A stretch of DNA of 64,000 bases from Camelus ferus (lineage: Eukaryota). Both the position numbers and the translations under genes were made by a program. Below, piece after piece: positions 14,279 to 62,310 of this stretch. Each line of letters opens with the position of its first letter. Position 1 is the first letter of the stretch. Below the pieces are notes generated by a model. That model ran no database searches, was not told the origin of the DNA, and worked only from the letters and a program-made list of their open reading frames with translations. The stretch spans positions 5,334,001 through 5,398,000 of the forward strand of contig NC_045696.1 in assembly GCF_009834535.1 (NCBI RefSeq), written 5' to 3'.

Positions 14279-14647
14279 TGTAATAATCTGCTCAGGCTGC
14301 CAGACAATATCTCATGGGAGGGATGGCTCTAACTATAGGCATTTATTTTCTCACAGTAGTGGAGGCTGGAAGTCCAAGATCAAAGTGCCAGGAAATTCAC
14401 TTGCAGGAGGCTGCCTCCTCTCTCTGTGCTCCTGTGGCCTCTCCTCCATGGCTGTGAGTGCAAAGAGAGAGAGTTTTCTGTGTCTCCTCCTCCTCTTACG
14501 GGGACACCAATCCCTTCAGATTAGGGCCCCACTCTTATGACCTTATTTAACCCTAATTACCTCTCAAAGGCCCCACCTCTAAATACCATCGTATCAGGGT
14601 TAGGACAGCACATGAATTTTGGGGGAGACACAATTCAGTCCATGACT
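14279..14647 (-). mobile_element. MaLR LTR (MLT1A-like)
   Basis: atttattttctcacag...ggaggctggaagtccaagatcaa...catgaattttggggg...cacaattcagtcca. Confidence 0.8.
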
Positions 14648-14980
14648 GGGGTCTTGCCCTTTGATGCAACAATGTCTCTTTTTAGGACCTATCATAAGGA
14701 AGGATTCCAAACAAAGGGAAAATGTGTGTCAAAAGATTTTTTCTTACAGAAAAAAATATGGAACTAACCTAAAATGCGAGACAACAGTAAGGGGCATAAG
14801 AATGACAAAGCCACGCAGAGAAGTACTATGTGGCCATTAAAAATGGCAACTACAAAGACTGTGCGGCAACAGGGAAAATATTTGCAGTATAATGAGAGGT
14901 GACTTTTTGAAAAAAACATGGGGGGTTGAGTAAATCTAGTTAGGCTTGAACTGGCTTTGGGTTGTTTTAGTTATTGTTAC

Positions 14981-15345
14981 TGTTAGAGGCCAAACTGTTT
15001 CCCCAAAAAGTCTGCCTGTGGAAGCCCTGACCCCCAGAACCTCAGAACAAGACTGCATTTGCAGATGGGACCTTTAAAAAGGAAATAAAGCTTAAATGAA
15101 GTCATAAGAGTGACCTCCAAGGCGATCTGACTGGTGTCCTTTTAAAAAGAGGAAGAGTCACCAAGAATGCGCATGCACAGAGGACAGACCACATGAGGAC
15201 CCAGGAGGAGACGGCCGTCCGTAAGCCAAGGAGAGAGTGCTCAGGAGAAACCAGCCCTGCCGACACTGTGACCTTGACTTCCAGCCTCCAGAACTGTGAG
15301 AAAATTAAGTTCTGCTGCTTTAAACTCCCCAGTCTCTAGTACCTT
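14981..15345 (+). mobile_element. MaLR LTR (MLT1B-like)
   Basis: aagccaaggagagag...gaaaccagccctgccgacac...gacttccagcctccagaactgtgagaaaat. Confidence 0.8.
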
Positions 15346-17544
15346 GGATTTCTGGCTGCTTGATTGCCCCTCTGACTGGGCTCAGGAAAAGCTCTGATTT
15401 TGCAGCTTATCCAGCCTTTTCTCATGATGGTCTGAGTGATGGTCCTTGCAGCTTTCTACATTCCAGGCAGAAAAGGAACCCAAGTCCAGTCTTAAGCGGC
15501 ACGTTGGCTGGAGGTAAATGCTGAGCTCTGCACCAGCAGAGATGTATTTTGCCAACATGACAACGCCAAGCCCAGCACTGTAATTACCACGAGGCTCTGA
15601 TATCACTGATATTTCTCCATTGCTCCAAAGAATAACCCGGAATTTGGAAACATCCAGTTGAGAAGAACAACAGAGGGGGAAGGGAAGAAACGATTACTTA
15701 AACCAATCTAAACAATCAGGGGAAAACCTCTCTTTTTCCTTCACCAAACCTCCTTCAGAAGCCACATGTGACGCTGTGGAAGGTGAGAAATGCAGAGATA
15801 TTTTAAATTTAAAAGGATATTCACACACAGATAGTCTAAAGTCTCTTACGCTTTCAAATGCAGTGCCATAGGAGTCACAATTCTTTTGCAATGCCCATTT
15901 TGCTTTTTTGAAATCGAAGTCATAGATCACATAACTTATTTATATTTCAGGATGAAAACCTCCAACATAACGCCCACTATGTGAGATACAGGAGGTATGA
16001 AAGGATTCACAGGACAGCAAGTGTAACGCTCAACGGGACACACCAGAAGACGGGAAGTACTGAAGTTCCTGCCTCCAGCCTAGACTCACCAGGGATGCAG
16101 GGATGCAGCCACTATCACCCAGACGGGCCCCTGTGCATCGTGTTAGCAACTCGGACACTGCCGGCGGCGGTGCTCCTAGTGGTGCAGATTTCCAAAATGG
16201 CAAACAACTCTTGAGCAAGCTCCTCCCAAAACCAACTTTAATCTTTGCTTGATTTGCAGGGTAGCTGCCTTCATGGAAAGTTCAGTGTAATTTCCACGCA
16301 TGATAAACATGCTATGTTTTTATTTATTGTGAAATATGTATAGTGAAAAATAGGCTCAGATAAACAGATTTATCACTTATATAGACGCCTGACGGGACAG
16401 GTGAAAGTTTTGTGGCTTCTCCCAAGTCTGGCAGGGCATCTAGGAACTCGCCCGCAACTGAAAGTCACCAGCACGTGTCAATCACTAAGAAGTTCAAGGA
16501 TCACACGTGCATCAGAGGAAGGGCCACACCTTTGACCAAAGAGCCCGTGGCTCGGACAAGTCAGGCAACGTGCCCACGGTCACACAGCAAGTTGGTTGCA
16601 AGCCCGATGGCTCGTTTTCAGGCTGTGTCCTCTGCAAGGGAAAATCCAACTCTACAACAGCTCCCCCAGACCAAACAAATCCTCATGGTCACCTTAAAGG
16701 TGTGTCTTTCAGCTGCAGGTGGGTGCTTGTGCCCCTTTTGCTGGAGATGCTGTGGGACCAGGTGGGCCAACGAGGGGAGAGTGGCTTCTGACACACGTTA
16801 CCCAACAGGCCTCGACAGCCTGGAGGTTCTGAAAACAATGGTAACCATCGCCTAAGAGCAAAACCCATTTCCATGTCCCCAAGCTGCTTCTGGAATAAAT
16901 CGTTCATTCCGCAAGCATTTATCGACCGCACGAAACACCCCTGCCCTGATGGGAGCAGCGCCAGGGCCACGGGGGAGCAGGCAGATGTGAAGCCTGCCCA
17001 CCTTAGAGGAATTTAATGGGAAAGCAGGCAATCGGTGATTGATTACATAGGCACATCATTAGTACAGTGAAGGAGACGTCGAAGGCAACGTGGTAATACA
17101 GTCGAGGCATTAGCCCAGCAGGGAGGGAGTCAGAGTCCCGCCAGGCTCTGAGTGACAGGGAATAAGGGATTCGTTATTGGATCCCACCTCCCACAGCGTA
17201 GGAGATGGTGGGGAGGAAAAGGCCCAGAAGGGGAGGCTCACAGGGTCAGAAAAGAGTCACTAACCAGGGTCTGGGAGGGAAGCTGTGATGTCCACGGTGT
17301 GCGCGGCCCCTGCAGACACACCGTCGGCACAAGAGCGGGACGTGAGGTGAAGCTGGCCAGCAGCCCCGCAGACCTGGACCCAGGAGGAACGCCCGGGACC
17401 CCTGCCTTTCCCTCAGCTCGCCAGCCCCCCGTGGCGCAGGCGCCCTGCAGAAGCCGGGACCCCGCCCCCAGGGCCGCACGGGTGGCTAAGTGCCTGCAGA
17501 ATGGATGACTTATTCCAGCGTCTCTCCCCTTCCCTGGCCCTTGA

Positions 17545-17621
17545 CACACTCGTGTGCACACACACGTGTATACATACCACACACACACGTGTATACAGGC
17601 ACGCGCACACACACACACACA
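17545..17621. repeat. CA-rich alternating purine-pyrimidine microsatellite
   Basis: cacacacacgtgtatac...gcacgcgcacacacacacacaca. Confidence 0.85.
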
Positions 17622-19797
17622 GCTGTGAAGATGCTCCTGCCGCTATACAAGGCTTGACACTGACTACACTGCACTTAACCCAGTCCAGTGTGTACTTTCT
17701 GAGGGAAAGAAAAAAAGAAACTAGATCAACTGCGGTTTCTAAAATCTGTTTCTGATTGAGACAACACGCGCCATTATTTGAACTCCCTGAGACCGTGTTA
17801 GCCATGAAAGTGAAGCCCAGTGTGACTGAATTCCCAGACTGTTACCCCAGGAAATACCATACATCCTTCAGGCTTCCGAGGAGGAATAAAATCCACACCT
17901 TCTGTTCTACGTGTCTCCCCAGAGACTTTTCTGGAGTCTTATAAATTTTCTGCTTTATCAACCCAGGTGGATTACAAGGACAGGCATGAATCTCTCCGTC
18001 TGAAGCCACTGGCTGAGCAACGATTCTCACACATTGTCCCACCGGCCCCTTCAGAGTCTCATTGCGTTTTTAGAGATAACACGTCTTACTCAACAAGAGA
18101 CAGAAGACAACGCGGGGCTTCTTCTGCTCGGGCCCCAGCCCGCTGCCTCGGGTTTGCCCACTTCCAGGCCGAGAGGCTGGAGCCCCTACTTCGTAAACGC
18201 TGAAAAGTGAGTCTCCCCGAGGTCATGGTCTGCCGCATGATTTCCAAGCTGGGTGAGATGAGAATTAAATATTTACTATCTGCAGGGGAGCGTGGCTCCC
18301 TCCAAACGCTGCAGGAGTGAGGGAGGCCTGAATGCAGTCAGGGGGGCAGCCCCGGTCCCAAAAGCCGGGCCGTGTCCGATGAGGACAGGGCACAGGTGTG
18401 TGTGTGGGTGTGTGTGAACATCTCCATGAAGGTAGGATGGGGGTGCACTCAATCCCTCTGTTCTACCGATGTGTCACCAGAGCCGTGACCCACTCAAGTT
18501 CAATGCCGCCAGATTCCTTTCCCCCCACGTGTGTCCTCTTTTGGTAAATGGATTCATCCCAAGGAGAGGAAGAAGTGGAACCCTTCTGACACATCGTCCT
18601 CCCCATGACGTCACAGGCGCATTCTCGAGGCCCTGATTTCTATTTCCTAAACATCCACGTCCTCCTGGCTGGGTGTCACTGCCTCCTCTCCCCATCCGTG
18701 TGTCACCCTCCTCCAGCCCGATGGTATCAGTGGGCAACCTGGACCCCTGGCTCTGGTTGGGGACAGGGAGCAAGAAAGTGAGGAGACGGAGGCTTTGTCG
18801 CCTGACTCCCTTCCACGACTTGGCTGTGTCCCTCTACCTGTGCCCCAGCGACTGGCAGGGGCCCTCTCCATCCAGGGCTGCCCTCCTCTCCCTGCCTTGT
18901 GAGCCCTGTGGAGCATAACAGCCCCCCAGGCCCACGGGTCCTGCCTCAGGCATGCCAGACCGCCTTCCATCCCCTCCTACACACCCCTGAACCCTTCCTT
19001 CCAGCCCCTCACTGACTTCTCTCATCTCTGAGCTCTGCATCCTTATCTGTTCCCCAGAAAGGACTACACTCCCGCTCCTCACAGGACACGGCGTTCTTAT
19101 CCAGAGACATTTTACTCACTTAAGTGGTAGGTTCGGATGCTGACACAGCATCTCCCGGATGCTTGGCAAAATCCACTCACCTTTAGGTCATCGCTGCCTA
19201 GGAACTAGCAATACAACTTTAACGTCCCTAATGGTTTTCCCAGATCAGGACCGCACATGGCAAAGGAGGTGCATCTGTTTGAGCTCCGATCATCTTCAAT
19301 ATGTTGGCATTTTCAAGTGAGTCCTACTCTAAGTAAACTCTGGAAAATCCCTGACTTCATGGGGTAGGTTTGCAATGTGACCGCATAACCAAGGTCAAAG
19401 ATCCCTGGAAAGATGGGCAGATGGGGTCCCTCTGGGTAGGATGTTATGACTGAGACTCTGAGGAATCTGTTTAATTTATCTTAGCTTCACTGGCCATTCA
19501 TGAGCAGAGAGTCACATCTATCTTTCTGAGAAATGCCCTTGGCCATGACATTTCGACCCCTCTCACCCCAGCCCCTGAGCCTGCTTCAGCTCTCCACATC
19601 GCCGGAGTGAGCGATGAATCCACCACATCAGTGAAATCCCATTATCAGCTGAGAGCTGCCTTGGGGTTTGCAGGACTCCTAAATAGAAACTGGCAAGTAC
19701 ACAGACGTAACCCTGAGAGAAAACACGGATTACGTGTTTGTGTAAAAGGGCCCATCCTGGACACGCCAAGGTCATTTCCGAGGAGCTGGCTCTAGGT

Positions 19798-19995
19798 CAG
19801 CACGGTCCAATAAAACTTCCTGCAGCAATGAAACCTGTCATCTGCATGGCCAATACAGTAAACACTAGCCACACGTGGCTACTGCACACTTGATGTGTAG
19901 CCAGTGGGATGGAGGAAATTAATCTTCTATTTTATTTAATTTCAAATAATTTACGTGCAAATAGCTGCATGTGCCTAGGGTTTTGAACAGCGCAA
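19798..19995. mobile_element. hAT-Charlie MITE (MER3-like)
   Basis: gtccaataaaact...ctagccacacgtggctactg...tttatttaattt; perfect 8-bp TSD CTCTAGGT at 19790-19797 and 19996-20003. Confidence 0.85.
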
Positions 19996-20898
19996 CTCTA
20001 GGTAGTTCTATTCACAAAATATACATCCCTCTTGTGAAATAGAATCTGGCTGGGGGTCCTTTCGAGAAAACTTGTTTGTGGAATAAGCTACTATTAAGAA
20101 CCTGTTTACTAGTGACACTGGAGAACTTCCCAGAGTTGGGAGAATGAAAAAATCACATAGACGGATTCACTGAGCCCATAGCAAGTTGGAGAAATTTCAA
20201 CAAATATCATCTGGCATTGTTCTCCAGAGTTTAAAACTTTAAGTTCAATTATATTTTACATGCAATACCCCCCCGCCCCCACCGACTCCTAAAATAACCC
20301 CACGGGAATATGATTCTTACAGCAGGCAGATGGCAAATATTCATTATACTTCAATATACTGTCTTTCTCAATATTAACCTGTTTGAGATCAATATTTACT
20401 CAATGCCTACTGAATGCCAGCTTCTGTAAAGGTTACAAAAGGCATAAATGACGTGACATTTGCCTTGTCTTGGGATCCGGGTTCTGTGGCAATTTAAGGA
20501 GAGTAAACTATGAAGCAAAAAATATGGAGGTCGCTCATCAAACAGCTCTGCTTGAAGGGTCCTTAGAGTTTCTGATCTTCCTCCTTGACTTGTATCCATT
20601 TGAGGATGGTGGCAGGAGACAGAATCATGTTGACAGGGAGTAAAGAAGTCATTATAATAAACAAGAGTCTCATTTTTAAGCAGTTGAATTGGCAATTTTT
20701 CCCATAAAAAGGACTCATAGGAAAAGGATGTAGCAATAGTCACCAGTTTTTGAAGCTTTGCATTTTTAGTTCTTCTCTAAAGAAAATACGTGACCAGTTC
20801 CCTCACATCAGGGACACAGTCTTAGAAGAGATGATTTTATTTTTCAAGATCCTCTAAGTGGTGATGTTCAAAATATTGGACAACCTGTAAGGCAGGAG

Positions 20899-21013
20899 CA
20901 CCATCCACTCAGAACCGATAGTGTATGGGCACCAACCAATCAGAATGGATAGTGTATGGGCACCAACCAATCAGAATGGATACTGTATGGGAACCAGCCA
21001 ATCAGAACAGATA
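20899..21013. repeat. 31-bp minisatellite, about 3.7 copies (CACCAACCAATCAGAATGGATAGTGTATGGG)
   Basis: Units start at 20899, 20930, 20961 and 20992. Confidence 0.9.
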
Positions 21014-21147
21014 CAAGACAACACAGCCCCGTGTTGTGCAGTAGATTATAAATATCCCTGATTTAGTTGTTGATTCATAAGAGGGAGTCCAGGGTAGGGG
21101 CTGATATGATTAAAGCTAAAAAAAAATTTACAAATCATTATAATATA

Positions 21148-21626
21148 TGGGCATACCTCAATTTATTGTGCTCTGTTTTATTGTGTGTCATAAATACTGC
21201 ATTATTTTCAAATTGAAGGTTTGTGACAGCCCAGCGCAAGTCTGTGGGTGCCATTTTCCCAACAGCATTTGCTAACTTCCAGTCTCTGTGTCATTTTTTG
21301 GTAATTCTCACAATATTTCAAACTTTTTCATTATTATTATTATATTTATTATGGCGATCTGTGACCAGTCATCTTTGATGTGACTATTGCAAAAAGATTG
21401 TGACTCACTGAAGCCTCAGATGATGGTGAGCATTCTTTAGCAATAAAATATTTTTAAATTAATATATGTGCATTGTTTTTTAGACATAATGCTGTTGCAC
21501 ATTTAATAGACTATGGTGTAGTGTACACACCGCTTTCACAGGCACTGGGAAACCAGAACAATTCATGTGACTTGCTCTGTTGCTGCGATCTGGGACTGAG
21601 CCTGCAGCATCTCCGAGGTCTGCCTG
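21148..21626 (+). mobile_element. Tigger1 internal-deletion derivative (TcMar-Tigger)
   Basis: TIRs (tg)GGCATACCTC / GAGGTCTGCCTG flanked by TA; Tigger1 left-end (aaattgaaggtttgtg) and right-end (ctcagatgatg, gcactgggaaacca) sequence joined without the transposase. Confidence 0.85.
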
Positions 21627-22077
21627 TAGAGACTGCTCTAACCATGGATTAGCACCCGGGAGTGTTGAGTGGTAAGAAACATCAAAACGATGAATTTGTG
21701 TCTTTTGCTAGGTAATTTTAAGGAATTCACTAATGTCTTAACACTATTTAAAAGTCAAATTCTACTTTGGCAATGGCATGGTTGGGCTTGGGGGTGATGG
21801 AGGGTTCAGAGAAGTTCCTAATTACTCACCATCAGAGAAATCTGTACCAACCTGCAAGGACCTCAGCCAAATAATCGCCCAGCCTCCAGGTTAAATGTGA
21901 AATGATGGGGTGTGCAGTGAAATGCACTGAGAATCTCCACATGAAAAAAGAAAAAAAATGTATGGAAGTCTCCTGTTTTGTTTTTTGGAAAATGCTTGAT
22001 TCCTAAACCCTATGATGCTTTAACTACCAGCTAAAGAGTAAAGAGTTCAGAAAAGCAGTACAACTTTTGTGGTGGCT

Positions 22078-22083
22078 TTTATT
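22078..22083 (-). terminator. Candidate IGSF5 polyadenylation signal AATAAA (3'UTR about 750 nt)
   Basis: First canonical AATAAA I found on the minus strand downstream of the stop; followed by U-rich sequence (tgcttttctgaactctttactcttt). Confidence 0.55.
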
Positions 22084-22827
22084 TATGAAAGACTATATTG
22101 CCCATTGCCAGTTTTTCCATGGTTCGAGGGACATCCCCCACAAAGAATAACCCACACCTAACTCATTCCAGCACACGGGCGCACGACTGACGAGGAAGCA
22201 GGTAAAAATGATGTCTTCGTATAAATATCCAATAACAAGGCATCTCGCAAGGTGAACGTCAGCTTTAGAATGTAATATTATTTATAACCTGTGAGTTCTG
22301 GTTTTCTGGGAAATTTTAGACTCCTTGTTCATTCTAATTTTTATCCTCTTTTTTCACAGACAATATGCAATAATATCTATATATTAAAGATACATAAATA
22401 TCATCTTCATACAATTTAAGGTAACAAAAACTTCTTAAACGTCATGGTGGGATATAGACTTAGCTACCATCCGTCGGATGAGCAAGCAGGAGTGTTGCGT
22501 GATGAGGATCACTGTCATGATGAATGTGCGGCTTTGACTTAGTCACTATGGAATTCACTGAAATCTTGAAACATTTTAAAAGTCACATCCCGCTTTGGAA
22601 GCTGGGAAAATAGATTCCTTCTCTCGCTATAACATATCCGTTCTGATGATGCCAAGCAATATCGTGTCTTCCGGGTCATGCTGGCAAAGCTGGAGCCCAG
22701 CCTGAGGACTTCAGGAGAGCAATGGTGACGTCACTGTGAGCACAGTGACATCATCGTGAGCAGTGATGGCATCATCGTGACGTAGGTCGTCCACCAAGTG
22801 CCTTGTGGAGACAAAGGGACGTCTGTG

Positions 22828-58548
<35,721 letters not shown>

Positions 58549-61500
58549 CTCGAATGTTCTTCGTCAGCCTGGGGAAGCAAAGCAGGCAGGTAACTGTGTG
58601 TCTCCACCCAGAGATTACGGGGACCCTCCCTGCTCGTATGTGTCCCTGGAGAGGTTAGTCAGCCCTCCTCAGCCTGACTAACCTCTCCAAGGCACCAGCC
58701 TCATCCAGGAACTTGCTGGAAAAGCAAAATTCTCCAGGCCACCCCAGACCTGCTGGATTAGAAACTCTGGGGGCAAGCCCAGAAATCTGCCTGAAGAGTT
58801 AAGCGGTGCACCGATCCCAGTAGACGCTCACATTCGAGAATCACTGTATTAAACGATGTAGCTCCCAAGCCTGTGTATAAATCAGGGGAAGCAGAAGCTG
58901 TAGCATTACCACAGAATTACTGGCCGAGGGATAGGAGCGTGGGCTTCCTGCCACTCATTTCAATCACGATGCTTTGATCATTCAGGACAAAAAAAGAAAA
59001 AAAAAAAAAAAGACCCTACCCACCACAAATTTACATTATCAAAAGGGAAAACAGACGAAGAATGAAGAACTAGAGCATAAGCTTATTAGAAGGTAGTAAG
59101 AGGTCGGGAGGAGAATAGAACAGGGGCGGGTGGGAGGGTGTTCATGGGCTGGCTGATGTTCTGAACAGGGAGGTCAGAGACAGGATCCCAAGAAGGGGCT
59201 CTATGAAGTGTAGAAGGGGAGACGACCGCCACGTGTGCGAAAGAGCATCCCAGCTAGAACTGCAGGTGCAAAGGCCCTGTGGTGGGACCATGCCTGGCGC
59301 ATTTGAGGAGTTGCAGAGAGAGCTTTGTGGCTGGGGCAGAGTGAGGGACAAGGGGCAGGGGCAGGTCACAGCAGTGTGAGTAAGGTCACAGTAGATGAGG
59401 TGAGGCCTTACTGGTCCCTTGGCTGCACACACGGGCCCTGGCATGTACACCTCTCTGCCAACCCCTTTGCTCTTTGATAAACCCTGTGCTCACTCTCCAT
59501 CCCTGAATTTTTTTATTTTTATTTTCTCCTTCTCACTGGGACAGGCCCATTCAAGGCAGTCACCAGCACCGTTTGGTGCCACTGGAGCACTTTGGGCTAA
59601 ATCAGCCACTGAAGGTATTGTGAACTGTCTGCAAAAACTCGGCTCCTCGGCCTCAGGAAAGTGTCCCTTTATTTCAAATGTCTTTAGCACAGAGACGTGA
59701 CCTAGGGGGTAGTTTTCACTTTGGCGTCCACACAGATTTCACAGCCCTGTGGGGGGATCCACCCCATCCCTCCAACACGTGCGGCACCGGTTCCATCAGA
59801 GACCCCATGCAGGATTCTGTGACGGATGGATCTCCTGTCCTCTCTTAAGGGCTGTAGGAGGCAGACCCCACAGCCTCGCACAAGCAGGAATGCAAGAAGG
59901 AAGACAGGCGCGGGTAATAACCACCCGTCTCCACCTGTGGAAGGCACCTCATGGGAGGTGCTGAATGAATCAGAGCCGGGGTGTGAAGGCTCAGGGACAC
60001 CCTGTCCCGAGACCCTCCCCCCAGTTTTACATGTCAGTGTGTCACTGGATGCTCACAGCTCATGAGAGGGAACATAGGGTTTCCTCTTCTTTGTTCTCTA
60101 ATGTCTTCGGGAGGCGAAGTCCAGGCAGTGTAGTAAACCATAGCGGCCAGGTGTAATGTAAGGGTCACAGACCCTGGGCTGCAGGACCTTCCCACCGTGT
60201 GACTCAAACCCTGGCAATCCTCAAAACCAGACTCAGAGGATCCCTACCAACCTGACTCAGTACCAAGCAGTGTAGCAGCTGAACCCAGACCGAACTGAAA
60301 TCGCAGGCTCCCCAGAGCCAATTCAACATCCCCGACAACCGAATGCCGTATAAATCATTTACTCATTTTCAAGGTTCAGTGAATGCAAGTGGATAAGCCA
60401 GTCGCTCTCCAGTCAGTCATCTAGGGTGTTAGCCCCAGCAGAGGATGGAGGAGAAACTGAGCCATCGAGTTATGAGTCACACATTCTACCAAAAGCAATA
60501 AATGCGACATGTGGACCCGACGTTACTGAAACTGCAGCCATAGCTTAAGGTTCACTAGGAAACACTTCTACTCACTGAAAACCAAGGTCAGCCAGGCGGC
60601 AGACGAGGACCGGATTACTTAACTTGCTTATTCTCTGTATGACAGAATGAGTCCATTTCTAAGAGCCCAGCAGAGCCCCCAGGGCAGGTGGGGCAGGACC
60701 ACCTTGAGACCTACAGGGTCCCAGATGTGCATCTGTGAGGGGACGGTATTTGACGGGTGGGTGCAGGAAGGAACTGTCATCAAATTGGTTCAAGTCGTAA
60801 CTGAACTCAGACAAGTCCTTTTAATTAAATGAGGGCCTCTGCCAGGTAATTTGCAAGTTAATATTTCTGCGGAGTAGTCTGAGATGGAACTTCTCATTCA
60901 TTTCACTATAGAAGATTTGAATTGCCAACTTTTCGCCAAAAAAACTGCAAAGTCTTTTTTAAATCTTCAATCTTATTAAAGTGCCTTAAAGAGACACGAT
61001 TTAAATGCCAATCACTTCCTCGATGCCCCAACAAGGGGAAAACAAACACTCAGAAGACCTGTCTGGGGTCACCAGCCTTGTCATCTTGGGAAGAAAATTG
61101 CTAAATGTGATCGTCTCACTCATTTACCCCTCCACACACAAATCTTTATGTCTGGGTTCTTGGAAACAGCTTGATATCACAAAATCAAAGGCTGTAGACA
61201 TCCTGTTTTTAGGCTCAGCATGAAGCCCAAACCCAAAAAGAAGGAGGGAGGGTGTTTCTTGGGCTCAGTGGGAAACAGCTGCAGCGAAATCCAGGCGAGG
61301 GGGTCCCTGCAAACCTCTGTGTGCACAGAGCCAGGCACCGAGGTCCCTCCTATACCCCGGCACCCCCGCTCTGGGTGCCCCCACATTCGGAGGTGTCTTG
61401 GCACTGCTGGCCAGACCTGGGGAGTCTCCGAACTTCCAGAGATTGAGAGCGATTTCCTTTCCATGAGGCCTCTCACTGGGGAAGAACAATGGCATTTAAA

Positions 61501-61689
61501 GTCTGTCCAGGGAACAGCACGAGAGCCGGGAATTTTCCAGCCTTTGAATCCCCATCTCCCCACATTCCAGCCCAGTCCGGCTTTCCACGCATCCCCAGAG
61601 AAGGGACGCTTGATAGAAATAGCCTCAAATTCCTAAACTCACAGAGCAGCCCGATCTTTTAATGTTTAACTCCGTGCAATTTGGGAAAC

Positions 61690-62310
61690 AGATGCGCGTT
61701 CGATCGTCCAACATTTCCCTGGACACCAGCCAGCGGCCGGCGGGGGCTGGGCACCGGCTCCTGGGAGGAGAGCGGGTACCTGCGGGGAGTCTGCTGGCCA
61801 CACCGCACGCGCCCAGGGTCTGCCTCACCTCTGGCAGGTGGATCGGCACCTCGGGGCTTCAACAAAGGTCCTCTATTCCCAAAAAGCTTCTCTCTTGCCT
61901 CCCAGCTCTCCTCACGCAGACGCAGGCTCAAATCTGCCAGCCACCGGAGAATCCCGCCCGCGCTCACCTGTCACCAGGAAGTTGCTTGCGTCACAGGCCG
62001 GGCTGTGCGCACAGAGGTGGCCTCCCTTCCTCCGGAGCAGCAGACGCCTCGTTAATCATCAGCCCAGCTGAGAACGCCCCGCCTTGGGGCCAAGGCTGCC
62101 CTTGCACTTGGCCTCCACCCTCTCTCTGGCCCGGAGCCTTTCTCAGCCCCACTGTTGCCCGGGCGGGAGGCCGGCGGCCCCTTCCTGCCCGTGTACGTGC
62201 ACGTGGACGTGCACGTGGACGTGGCCTGCTGCCCGCCAGCCTTGCTCCCTGGGCTCCAGCACAGGCCCGAGGCTGGCCAAGCCGGTTCCTTCGGCCAGCC
62301 CGGCTCCTCC
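61690..62310 (-). promoter_or_regulatory. CpG-rich promoter candidate and putative non-coding exon 1 of IGSF5 (donor CAG|gtgagc after 61968)
   Basis: Visibly CpG-dense; GC box GGGCGG 62161-62166; HNF1-like GTTAATCATCAGC 62051-62063; ETS CAGGAAGT 61975-61982; ACGTG array 62195-62223. The ATG exon has a good acceptor, so an upstream exon is expected. Confidence 0.6.

Noticed and set aside
20899..21013. CRISPR-like array
   Set aside because: Head-to-tail repeats without unique spacers in eukaryotic DNA; it is a minisatellite.
1..22000. Exons of the neighbouring gene PCP4 expected downstream by human synteny
   Set aside because: No PCP4-like coding sequence recognised; the region is dominated by repeats. 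A very short first exon or lncRNA exons could have been missed.
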